Shown one piece after another: positions 20,439 through 28,334 of a stretch of DNA of 32,000 bases (the stretch's first letter is position 1; every line of letters starts with the position of its first letter). The notes beneath the pieces were generated by a model. That model was not told the DNA's origin, ran no database searches, and saw only the letters and a program-made list of their open reading frames with translations. Source of the stretch: an uncultured Actinomycetota bacterium (GTDB taxonomy: Bacteria; Actinomycetota; Actinomycetes; Mycobacteriales; Jatrophihabitantaceae); assembly GCA_963750295.1 (NCBI GenBank), contig CAVVPY010000001.1, positions 1,542,782-1,574,781 of the forward strand, given 5' to 3'. The position numbers and the translations under genes were made by a program.

Positions 20439-21440
20439 ATGACCCAGACTGCGACCATCCCGGCGCCCGCGGATGACTGCTCGGCAGCCGACTACTCGCG
20501 CTGTTACGCGGTCATGACGACCATCCGCGCCTTCGAGAACGCGGTGCACGAGGCGTTCGCGACTGGCAGCGTCCCCGGTGCGGTTCATCTGTACGCGGGC
20601 CAGGAGGCTGTCGCGGCGGGCGTCTGCGACGCGCTGTCACCGGCTGACTACGTGTCCAGCACGCACCGCGGCCACGGGCACGCGATCGCCAAAGGCTGCG
20701 ACCTCGACGCGATGATGGCCGAGATCTTCGGGCGCGATGCCGGCCTGTGCCGCGGCAAGGGCGGTTCGATGCACATCGCGGACATGAGCAAGGGCATGCT
20801 CGGCGCCAACGGCGTGGCAGCCGCCGGAGCCCCGATCGCCTGCGGCGGCGCGCTGTCGGCCAAGCAGCGCGGAAGCGGCCAGGTCGCGGTCACCTTCGTC
20901 GGCGACGGCGGGGTCAACCAGGGCGCCTTCGCGGAGAGTCTCGTGCTCGCCGGCCTCTGGCAGCTCCCCGTCGTGTTCGTCGTCGAGGACAACGGCTACG
21001 CGCAGTCGACGGCGTCGGCCCACCACCTCGCGGGACGTGGCGTGTGCGCCCGAGCCGAGGCCCTCGGCATACCGGCCGAGGTCGTCGACGGCTACGACGT
21101 CGTCGCGGTCCGGGACGCTGCCGGGCGCGCGGTCGCACGTGCTCGGTCCGGCGGCGGGCCCACGCTGCTGGAATGCCGCGCCTTCCGCTTCTTCGGACAC
21201 ATGGAGGGCTGGGACGGCCAGGAGTACCGCGGCGACGGCGAGGTCGATCGGCTGCGCAACGAGCACGATCCACTACAGCTGTTCCGCGCGCGTGCCGAAC
21301 GGGAGGGCCTCGCGGACCACGGCGAACTGGATCGCGCCGACCGTCGCGCGGCCGCCGCGGTCGCGGCCGCGGTGCAGTTCGCCCGCACCGCGCCCGATCC
21401 AGACCCGTCCGAACTCGTCACCGGCGTCTACGCCGACTGA
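20439..21440 (+). CDS. Thiamine-pyrophosphate-dependent 2-oxoacid (pyruvate/acetoin-type) dehydrogenase E1 alpha
   Basis: STHRGHGHAIAKGCDLDAMMAEIFGRDAGLCRGKGGSMHIAD and TPP motif GDGGVNQGAFAESLVLAGLWQLPVVFVVEDNGYAQST; GGAGG upstream of ATG 20439. Confidence 0.93.
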   Translation: MTQTATIPAPADDCSAADYSRCYAVMTTIRAFENAVHEAFATGSVPGAVHLYAGQEAVAAGVCDALSPADYVSSTHRGHGHAIAKGCDLDAMMAEIFGRDAGLCRGKGGSMHIADMSKGMLGANGVAAAGAPIACGGALSAKQRGSGQVAVTFVGDGGVNQGAFAESLVLAGLWQLPVVFVVEDNGYAQSTASAHHLAGRGVCARAEALGIPAEVVDGYDVVAVRDAAGRAVARARSGGGPTLLECRAFRFFGHMEGWDGQEYRGDGEVDRLRNEHDPLQLFRARAEREGLADHGELDRADRRAAAAVAAAVQFARTAPDPDPSELVTGVYAD

Positions 21441-21488
21441 TCCGCGCGAGCCCCCACCCCACCCCATCCGATCCGATCCGAAGGTTAG

Positions 21489-22571
21489 GTGACCGACGTG
21501 GCCGACTTGACTCCGGCAACCGAGCCGCTCGCGGCAGCCGCGGTGCCCACCGCACGCGAGGCACCACGGCTGATCAGTTATCTCGATGCCATCACCGAGG
21601 CGATGGCCGGCGAACTGGCCCGCGATCCGTCGGTCGTCCTGCTCGGCGAGGACAGCATCGGCGGGACCGGCTGCGACGGCCGGCTCGGCAATGCATGGGG
21701 TCCGACGAAAGGGCTTTTCGAGCAGTTTCCCGGCCGGGTGCTGGACACGCCCATCACCGAGTCCGCATTCCTGGGCGCGGCGGTCGGCGCGGCGGCGACG
21801 GGCCTTCGCCCTGTCGTCGACCTGCTGTTCGTCGACTTCGTCGGCGTCTGTTTCGACCAGCTGCTCAATCAGGCGTCGAAGTTCCGGTACATGAGCGGTG
21901 GCGTCGCGCAGGTCCCGCTCGTGGTCCGAGCGATGTGGGGCGCCGGCATGCGCCGCGGCGCGCAGCACGCCCAGGCCCTGTACCCGCTCTTCGCGCAGAT
22001 CCCTGGCCTGAAGGTGGCCGTGCCCTCGACCGCCGCGGATGCCAAGGGCCTCATGGCCACGGCGATCCGCGACGACGACCCGGTCGTGTTCCTCGAGCAC
22101 AAGATGCTCTATTTCGTCCCGGGGCCGGTCCCGGCCGGCGAGCACCTCGTCCCGTTCGGACGCGCCGACGTCAAGCGCACCGGCCGTGACTGCACGGTCG
22201 TCGCACTCGGCAAGTCCGTCCATGACGCTCTGGCCGCAGCCGAGCCGCTCGCCGCCGAGGGCATCGAGATCGAGGTCGTCGACCCGCGCACCGTCGTCCC
22301 GCTCGACACCGACGCGATCCGCACCAGCGTCGAGCGCACCGGTCGGCTCGTGGTGGTCGACGAGTCTTACCGGCGTTGCGGATTCGGGGCCGACGTCGCC
22401 GCAGTCGCCGCCGAGGAAGCCTTCCACGCGCTGACCGCGCCGGTGCGCCTCGTGACGCCGCCGCACACGCCGACCCCGTTCAGCCCGATTCTCGAGGACG
22501 CGTTCCTGCCGTCTGCAGCGGACATCGCCGCAGCAGTGCGCACGACGGTCGGCGCCGGCGTCGCGGCCTGA
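21489..22571 (+). CDS. 2-oxoacid (pyruvate/acetoin-type) dehydrogenase E1 beta
   Basis: VVLLGEDSIGGTGC, RVLDTPITESAFLGAAVGAAATGLRPVVDLLFVDF, QHAQALYPLFAQIPGLKVAVPSTAADAKGLM; directly downstream of E1 alpha. Confidence 0.95.
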   Translation: MTDVADLTPATEPLAAAAVPTAREAPRLISYLDAITEAMAGELARDPSVVLLGEDSIGGTGCDGRLGNAWGPTKGLFEQFPGRVLDTPITESAFLGAAVGAAATGLRPVVDLLFVDFVGVCFDQLLNQASKFRYMSGGVAQVPLVVRAMWGAGMRRGAQHAQALYPLFAQIPGLKVAVPSTAADAKGLMATAIRDDDPVVFLEHKMLYFVPGPVPAGEHLVPFGRADVKRTGRDCTVVALGKSVHDALAAAEPLAAEGIEIEVVDPRTVVPLDTDAIRTSVERTGRLVVVDESYRRCGFGADVAAVAAEEAFHALTAPVRLVTPPHTPTPFSPILEDAFLPSAADIAAAVRTTVGAGVAA

Positions 22572-22658
22572 CCCGTCGCGCCGACCGCGTGAACTCGGAA
22601 AAGCCCTCGGCCGCACCCGACAACATCCGCACCGTCCACCCGGAGAGGAAAACGCATC

Positions 22659-23054
22659 ATGATCGACCACCCGCACGTGCAGTTGATGGAGAAGGTGTAC
22701 GCAGCCTTCGGAAGCGGCGACGTCGCGACCGCCGGCAGCTACTGGACCGAGGACGCCGTCCACCACTATCCGGGACGCAACCCGTTGTCCGGAGACCACA
22801 AGGGCCTGGACGAGTCGATCGCATTCGCCAACAAGATCTTCGAACTCACCGAGGGCAAGTTGCGCATGCAGACCCTCGAGATCGGCGCGAGCGACACCCA
22901 TGCCTTCGCCATCCTCGACACGCACTACGAGCGCAAGGGACGCGTGCTCGACATGCCGTTCATCAACGTCGCCCGTATCGAGGACGGCAAGATCGCCGAG
23001 TTCTGGACCTATCCCGAGGACGTCTACGCCACCGATGAGTTCTGGAACGCCTGA
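22659..23054 (+). CDS. SnoaL-like / NTF2-like fold protein
   Basis: 131 aa: VQLMEKVYAAFGSGDVATAGSYWTEDAVHHYPGRNPLSGDHKGLDES...ARIEDGKIAEFWTYPED. Confidence 0.88.
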   Translation: MIDHPHVQLMEKVYAAFGSGDVATAGSYWTEDAVHHYPGRNPLSGDHKGLDESIAFANKIFELTEGKLRMQTLEIGASDTHAFAILDTHYERKGRVLDMPFINVARIEDGKIAEFWTYPEDVYATDEFWNA

Positions 23055-23084
23055 GCGTTCCGGACACCGAGAGGATCCGAGATC

Positions 23085-24524
23085 ATGAGCCACATCATCG
23101 TAGTCGGCGGAAGCGTCGCCGGGCTCTCCGCGGCGGCCATGCTGGCCGACCAGGGTCACCGCGTCACGGTCCTGGAACGCGCGGCCGACCCGGGGGCGCA
23201 ATCACTCGCCGACGCGGCCGCCCGGCATCGCCCGACCGCGCCGCAGTACTCGCACTCGCACGCTTTCGCGTCGCTGTCCGGTAAGGAACTGCGCAACCGC
23301 TTGCCGGACGTCGCGCACACCCTGGCCGCGGTCGGGTGCGGTGAGGTCTTCCTCGCTGACTACCTGCCGCCGACGCTCGAGGCCTACGAGCCGCAGCCGG
23401 CCGACCGTGAGCTGCGCATGACACTGGCCCGCCGCTCGACCTTCGAACTGGTGCTCCGCGAACGCGCACTGGCGCGTTCCGGCGTCGAACATGTCAGCAA
23501 CGTGCGCGTCGTCTCGCTGCTCACCGACGCCGAGCATCCGGTGCGGGTCGTCGGCGTGACCGCCGCCGACGGCCGGAGTTGGTCGGGCGACCTGGTCGTG
23601 GACGCGACCGGCCGCCGGACCAACGGAGCCGACTGGCTGGCCCGGGCCGGCCTGCCGGCGCCGCAGACCGAGTCGAGCAGTAGCCGGATCGTCTACTACA
23701 CGCGCCACTACCAGCAGCTCAGCCCGCGTCCCGGTGGCCCGCTCAACCGCGGCTTCGGTGCCGGCGGCCTGTGGAACCACTACACCGCCGTGTTGTTCCG
23801 CGGTGACAACGGGAGCTTCTCGATCAGCATCGGTGTGCTGCCCACCGACGAGGCGATGCGAGCGCTCCGGGATCCCAAGGCGTTCACCGCCGCCGTCACC
23901 GCCACCCCCCTGCTCGCCGGCTGGCTCGACCCAGAGGTCTCCGCACCTACCTCGGACGTCGAGGTGATGGGCGGGCTCGACAACGCGATCATGCTTCCGC
24001 CCTCCGAGGCTCCGGTCGGCTTCCTCGCTGTCGGTGACTCCGTGTGCACGACCAACCCCGCTTACGGCCGCGGCGTCTCCCTCGCGTTGTCCGAGGCCGG
24101 TCTGCTCGCCGACGTGCTCGAAGAGTTCGGCGCCATCGATGGATTGTCGACCGCCGCCTACTGGCAGCGGGTCGAGCAACTGGTTCGACCGTGGTACGCC
24201 GAGGCCGTCACCAACGACCTGGGTCGCGCCATGCTGTGGGAAGCCACGCTGGCCGGCCGGCCCCTTGGCCGTCCGCCGCAGGGTGTGATCACCTTCGGCG
24301 CCGCGGTTGCCGCGTCCACCCGCGACCCCGAGATCTGGCGTCGCGTTGCCCGCACCATGATGATGCTCGCGCCGCCGTCCACGCTCTATGCGGACCCGGA
24401 GATCGCGGCGCGGATCGGCCGCGCCCTGGCCGGCGGACCGCCGCCGGAGCTTCCGGGCGCCACGCGCGACGAGCTGCTCGCCGCGATCGGAGACGACACC
24501 GTTCGGCTGGCCAGGTCGGCCTGA
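23085..24524 (+). CDS. FAD-dependent monooxygenase/oxidoreductase
   Basis: 479 aa: IIVVGGSVAGLSAAAMLADQGHRVTVLERAADPG; SGDLVVDATGRR; VGFLAVGDSVCTTNPAYGRGVSLALSEA. Confidence 0.9.
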   Translation: MSHIIVVGGSVAGLSAAAMLADQGHRVTVLERAADPGAQSLADAAARHRPTAPQYSHSHAFASLSGKELRNRLPDVAHTLAAVGCGEVFLADYLPPTLEAYEPQPADRELRMTLARRSTFELVLRERALARSGVEHVSNVRVVSLLTDAEHPVRVVGVTAADGRSWSGDLVVDATGRRTNGADWLARAGLPAPQTESSSSRIVYYTRHYQQLSPRPGGPLNRGFGAGGLWNHYTAVLFRGDNGSFSISIGVLPTDEAMRALRDPKAFTAAVTATPLLAGWLDPEVSAPTSDVEVMGGLDNAIMLPPSEAPVGFLAVGDSVCTTNPAYGRGVSLALSEAGLLADVLEEFGAIDGLSTAAYWQRVEQLVRPWYAEAVTNDLGRAMLWEATLAGRPLGRPPQGVITFGAAVAASTRDPEIWRRVARTMMMLAPPSTLYADPEIAARIGRALAGGPPPELPGATRDELLAAIGDDTVRLARSA

Positions 24525-24526
24525 CC

Positions 24527-25225
24527 ATGACGACGCAGCCCGCTCGCGGCGCTCGGACCGCGTTCGCCGTCCCGGCGAGCACGATCGCGGCGGGCCGCGT
24601 CGCCGTACTCGGATCGACCGGAGGGACCGGCCGCGCCGTGATCGACGCGGCGCTGCGCGGCGGTCATCATGTCTCAGCCGCCGCGCGCCGTCCCGAGGAT
24701 CTCGCCGCCCGCTCCCGCCTGCGAACAGTGCGCGCGGACGTCGTCGACGGCAGCGGCGTCGACGAGGTGATCGCCGGTGCCGACGTGGTTGTCTCCGCGC
24801 TCGGGATCGGCATGCGCCGGCACGCGACCGAGGTCTACTCGCAAGGGGCGCGACACACCATCGACGCGATGCTCCGGCACAACGTCAGCCGGCTGGTGGT
24901 CATCTCGACCTCGTCGCTCGGCCCCCCGCCGCGGCGGCTGACCCTCGCTTGGTGGGTCGACCGTGGCCTGCTGCAACCACTCCTGCGCAAGCCCTACCAG
25001 GACATGCGGGCAATGGAGTCCCTGGTTCGCGAGTCCGGGCTGGCGTGGACGCTGCTCCGCGCCGCCCGGCTGACCGACGGACCGGCCGTCGGTCGCTACC
25101 GGTTGAGCGCGTCCGGACGCCTGGCCGGCGCATGGTCGATCTCGCGCGCCGACCTGGCCCACGCCGCCCTCGACCTTGCCTCCAGGGACGATGCGGCAGG
25201 TCGGACCTACGACATCGCCTACTGA
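24527..25225 (+). CDS. NAD(P)-binding NmrA/epimerase-like protein
   Basis: RVAVLGSTGGTGRAVIDAALRGGHHVSAAARRPEDL; ARHTIDAMLRHNVSRLVVISTSSLG. ATG 27 nt from the ORF's putative glycine-rich motif, 2 nt after the upstream stop. Confidence 0.85.
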   Translation: MTTQPARGARTAFAVPASTIAAGRVAVLGSTGGTGRAVIDAALRGGHHVSAAARRPEDLAARSRLRTVRADVVDGSGVDEVIAGADVVVSALGIGMRRHATEVYSQGARHTIDAMLRHNVSRLVVISTSSLGPPPRRLTLAWWVDRGLLQPLLRKPYQDMRAMESLVRESGLAWTLLRAARLTDGPAVGRYRLSASGRLAGAWSISRADLAHAALDLASRDDAAGRTYDIAY

Positions 25226-25262
25226 TGTCGCTCGGCAGTCCCCCACTGTGAAAGGACCCGGC

Positions 25263-25499
25263 ATGACCACACACCTCAACGGCTCCGCCATCGGGTCGAC
25301 ACTGTCCTCGTACGCGGCGCGGCTCGCGTTGTTCGTCATCGACAGCTTGGCCTACTGCGGCTTCGCGATGACAGGACTGCCCCCGGGGCAACTCGAGGGC
25401 TACCTGCCGCGATGGCGCGCGCGGGCGCACGGCCCGACGCTCACCCGGGAGATCGAGGAGTACGTGCGCGATGCGCCGGTCGGACACAGGTCCGACTAG
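25263..25499 (+). CDS. Small conserved-looking hypothetical protein (78 aa)
   Basis: ATG at 25263 after AAAGGA; MTTHLNGSAIGSTLSSYAARLALFVIDSLAYCGFAMTGLPPGQLEGYLPRWRARAHGPTLTREIEEYVRDAPVGHRSD; last gene of the plus-strand group. Confidence 0.6.
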   Translation: MTTHLNGSAIGSTLSSYAARLALFVIDSLAYCGFAMTGLPPGQLEGYLPRWRARAHGPTLTREIEEYVRDAPVGHRSD

Positions 25500-25500
25500 G

Positions 25501-26238
25501 TCAGCGCACGTGCCGAACGTCGCCGGCGCTGACCTCGCGGGGGCCGTCCCCGGTCTCGATCACCAACATCCCGGATCCAGAAATCGCCGACGCCTTCCCG
25601 TGCAACTCACCGTCGGCCGACTCGACGACAATCACGCGGCCGATCGTGGCGCACCGTGACCGGTAGGTCTCGAGCAACCCCGAACCTGCGGCGTCCCCGC
25701 CGGCATCGATCAGGGCGTCGTACTGGCGTGCCAGCGCCGCCAGCACATCGGAAAGTAACCCGTCGGCATCCGTATCGCCGGCTCCGGCGATTGCCAGCGA
25801 TGTCGAATCGCGCACCGGCAGTTGCTGCGCCGTCTGGGTGACGTTGACGCCGACGCCGACGACCACCGCGTCGCCGCGCGCCTCGGTAAGGACGCCCGCG
25901 ATCTTGGCGTCGCCGACGAGCACGTCGTTGGGCCATTTCACGGCGACCATTGCCACGCGCGCGTCGAGCGCCTCGGTCACGGCCAGGCCCGCCAGCGGCG
26001 TGAGCCAGGCCCACGCCGAGGTGGGAAGCGGCGGCCGCAACCGGATGGAGAACAGCAGCGACGAACGGGCGGGAGCCTCCCAGCTGCGGTCGAAGCGTCC
26101 GCGCCCGGCCGTCTGGTGAGCGGCGACGAGGACCTCGCCGGCAGAGCCGCCGACGTCGGCGAGCAGATCGGAGTTGGTCGAGGCGGTCTCGTCGACCCGC
26201 CGCAGCGGGCCGAGGCTGGGTGGCAGGACCACGGTCAT
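25501..26238 (-). CDS. birA: Biotin--[acetyl-CoA-carboxylase] ligase
   Basis: 245 aa: HQTAGRGRFDRSWEAPARSSLLFSIRLRP, VKWPNDVLVGDAKIAGVLTEA, VVVGVGVNV; no N-terminal HTH. Confidence 0.95.
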   Translation of the reverse strand: MTVVLPPSLGPLRRVDETASTNSDLLADVGGSAGEVLVAAHQTAGRGRFDRSWEAPARSSLLFSIRLRPPLPTSAWAWLTPLAGLAVTEALDARVAMVAVKWPNDVLVGDAKIAGVLTEARGDAVVVGVGVNVTQTAQQLPVRDSTSLAIAGAGDTDADGLLSDVLAALARQYDALIDAGGDAAGSGLLETYRSRCATIGRVIVVESADGELHGKASAISGSGMLVIETGDGPREVSAGDVRHVR

Positions 26239-26248
26239 GGTTCTCAGG

Positions 26249-26929
26249 CTAACGAGCGCGGACGCGTGGCGGCACCCATCGGGCGGCGTGGGCGACGGAC
26301 AGGACGAGCCCGTCGCAGACCTGCCAGCGGCCCGGGACGCCGTCGCGTAGCCGTCGCGGCGGCGTCGTGCCGGCGGCGAAGTCGACGAGGAACGTCTCGC
26401 CAGGGCCGAGGTCCACTCGCATGTCGGCGATCCCCAGCACCCGGCCGGTCACCGGATGCCACACCTTGAACGCTGCTTCGCGACAGCCCCACAACACGGT
26501 CGCTGCCAGGCCCGGGTCGACGCCCCCACGGACGAGGGCCGCTCGAGCGTTCCCGCGCTCGTCGGCGTCCAGGCGCGCGTCGACCGCCGCGGGCAAGGCG
26601 ATCGCCGGCGTCGCGTCAATCCCGATCGTGCCGACCTCCGCGCGCCGGCCGACAGCTGCGGCCACGAACCCCTCGCAGTGGGTGATGCTGCCCGTCGTGC
26701 CTGGCGGCCACTGCGGGCTGCGGTCTGCGGCGCGGCCGACCGTCCGCTGCGCGACACCGAGCCGTGCGAGGGCCTGCGCGGCGCACGCACGTCCTGCCTC
26801 GAACTCTGCGCGGCGCTTCGACGTCGCCCGCTCCAGTCCGTTCGGACCAGCGTCGGCGACCGGGAGGTCGAGGTGGGCGCGACGCTCGACGGCGACCACA
26901 CCGGGTGGCAACAGGCCGTCGAGCAGCAC
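26249..26929 (-). CDS. 4'-phosphopantetheinyl transferase (EntD/Npt-like)
   Basis: 226 aa: PQWPPGTTGSITHCEGFVAAAVGRRAEVGTIGIDATPA ... VLWGCREAAFKVWHPVTGRVLG. Confidence 0.85.
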   Translation of the reverse strand: MLLDGLLPPGVVAVERRAHLDLPVADAGPNGLERATSKRRAEFEAGRACAAQALARLGVAQRTVGRAADRSPQWPPGTTGSITHCEGFVAAAVGRRAEVGTIGIDATPAIALPAAVDARLDADERGNARAALVRGGVDPGLAATVLWGCREAAFKVWHPVTGRVLGIADMRVDLGPGETFLVDFAAGTTPPRRLRDGVPGRWQVCDGLVLSVAHAARWVPPRVRAR

Positions 26930-26994
26930 GTGGACGCTCCCCGTCTCGAGCCGGGCCGCGGCGCTTCGGTGTCCGCGACCGCACGGTCATCCGG

Positions 26995-27864
26995 TCAATG
27001 GCGTCCGGCCAGCCAGTGGCCGAGCTGCATCACCTGCGAGACGTCGGAGGAGCACGGGGTGAGCACCAGCTCGTCGCAGCCGGCGGTCTCGAACTCGTCG
27101 GCGACGCGCGACAGGCCGTCCTGGCCGATGGCGGCGTTGGCGAGGACCGCCTGCGCGTACGGCGGCGCGAAGCCGTAATAGTCGCGCAGATACGCGCCGG
27201 CCGTCTCCGCCGCAGCGTCCCCGAGCGCGAAGTAGGCCAGGGCGATCAGGCGCGGCCGGTCGGTGCGACCGGCCGCCTGCCAGGCCTCCCGAACGGCGAC
27301 CGCGCCACCGCGAAACATGCCGGGCCCGCCGCTTCCGGAGATCCAGCCGTCACCGAACCTGGCGGCACGGGCGATCGCCCGCGCAGCCTGGCCGCCGACG
27401 ACGAGCTGCGGCCCGCCCGCACGCCCCGGCTCAGGGCCGACACCGCCGGCGAAGCCGCGACGCTCACCGCCCCAGAGGCGGGGCAGCTCCTCGAGCTGCG
27501 CGTCGAGCAGGTCACCCCGGCGCGCGTGGGGCACGCCGCTTGCCCGGAAGTCGTCCGGTCGCGCACCGGCCGCGACGCCGAGCGTCAGCCTGCCACCGCA
27601 CAGCCGGTCGACGGTGGCAGCCTGCTTGGCGAGCAGCGCGGTGTTCGAGCGCAGCGGCGCGATCATCACCGACGTCATCAGTGGCTTGTCCGACACCGCG
27701 GCCGCGGCCGCGAGCGTCGTCAGGCAGTCGTAATTCTCGTAGACCAGGCGGTCGGTCGTCGCGAGGCACGAGAAGTCGGCTTGCGAGCCGATGACCGCCC
27801 ATCGCACCAGGTCGGCGGCCTCGGTCTTCGGTACTGCGTTGGGCAGTCCCAGTCCGATCTTCAT
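26995..27864 (-). CDS. LLM-class (luciferase-like) flavin-dependent oxidoreductase
   Basis: MKIGLGLPNAV; LMTSVMIAPLRSNTALLAKQAATVDRLCGGRLTLGVAAGARPDDF; PQLVVGGQAARAIARAARFGDGWI. Confidence 0.9.
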   Translation of the reverse strand: MKIGLGLPNAVPKTEAADLVRWAVIGSQADFSCLATTDRLVYENYDCLTTLAAAAAVSDKPLMTSVMIAPLRSNTALLAKQAATVDRLCGGRLTLGVAAGARPDDFRASGVPHARRGDLLDAQLEELPRLWGGERRGFAGGVGPEPGRAGGPQLVVGGQAARAIARAARFGDGWISGSGGPGMFRGGAVAVREAWQAAGRTDRPRLIALAYFALGDAAAETAGAYLRDYYGFAPPYAQAVLANAAIGQDGLSRVADEFETAGCDELVLTPCSSDVSQVMQLGHWLAGRH

Positions 27865-27906
27865 GAGGGCTCCTCGGGTCGGTCGGGCGGCGGCGTGGCA
27901 GGGCGT

Positions 27907-28293
27907 TCAGCCGCCGACCGGCTCCAACGGCGCGTCGTGCCGGCGTGACAGCACGCACTCGAGCGCGGCATCGCGGAAGAACGCGCGGGCGCCTTCGGGG
28001 CTGCGCATGTCCCGCGGCTGCGACAGGTGCTCCTCGAGCTCGTCCTCGAAGGCGCGCACCTCGGCCTGGCGGCCCATGTGCGACGCGACGAGCGGGAGCG
28101 GCCCGTCGACCTCGATGACCCGAACCGCCATCTGCTTGCCGACGAAGGCCATCGTGCCGAGCAGCCTGCCGACGACGTTGCCGTCGGCATCCGCGACATC
28201 GAACGACGGACGGCCGCTACGCCGGAAGAGGTCCTTGACGGCCTCCTCGCTACCGGGCTTGAGCGGGTAGAAAAGTGCGTGCCACGTGGACAT
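27907..28293 (-). CDS. SchA/CurD-like domain protein
   Basis: 128 aa: WHALFYPLKPGSEEAVKDLFRRSGRPSFDVADADGNVVGRLLGTMAFVGKQMAVRVIEVDGPLPLVASHMGRQAEVRAFEDELEEHLSQPRD; resembles proteins seen in spore-pigment/pentangular PKS clusters. Confidence 0.7.
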   Translation of the reverse strand: MSTWHALFYPLKPGSEEAVKDLFRRSGRPSFDVADADGNVVGRLLGTMAFVGKQMAVRVIEVDGPLPLVASHMGRQAEVRAFEDELEEHLSQPRDMRSPEGARAFFRDAALECVLSRRHDAPLEPVGG

Positions 28294-28334
28294 CGTTAAA
28301 CCTCCGTTGTCGGGACTGACGCCGTGTTCAGACG

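Noticed and set aside
21465-21481. ATCCG short tandem triplicate between the E1 genes
   Set aside because: Three 5-bp copies only; likely chance and too short to call a functional repeat.
21273-23201. 642-aa ORF antisense to E1 alpha, E1 beta and the SnoaL-like gene
   Set aside because: Low-complexity Arg/Gly/Asp/Val composition of an antisense frame in high-GC DNA; the plus-strand genes have clear family motifs.
26764-27948. 394-aa plus-strand ORF opposite the PPTase and LLM genes
   Set aside because: Antisense shadow of well-supported minus-strand genes.
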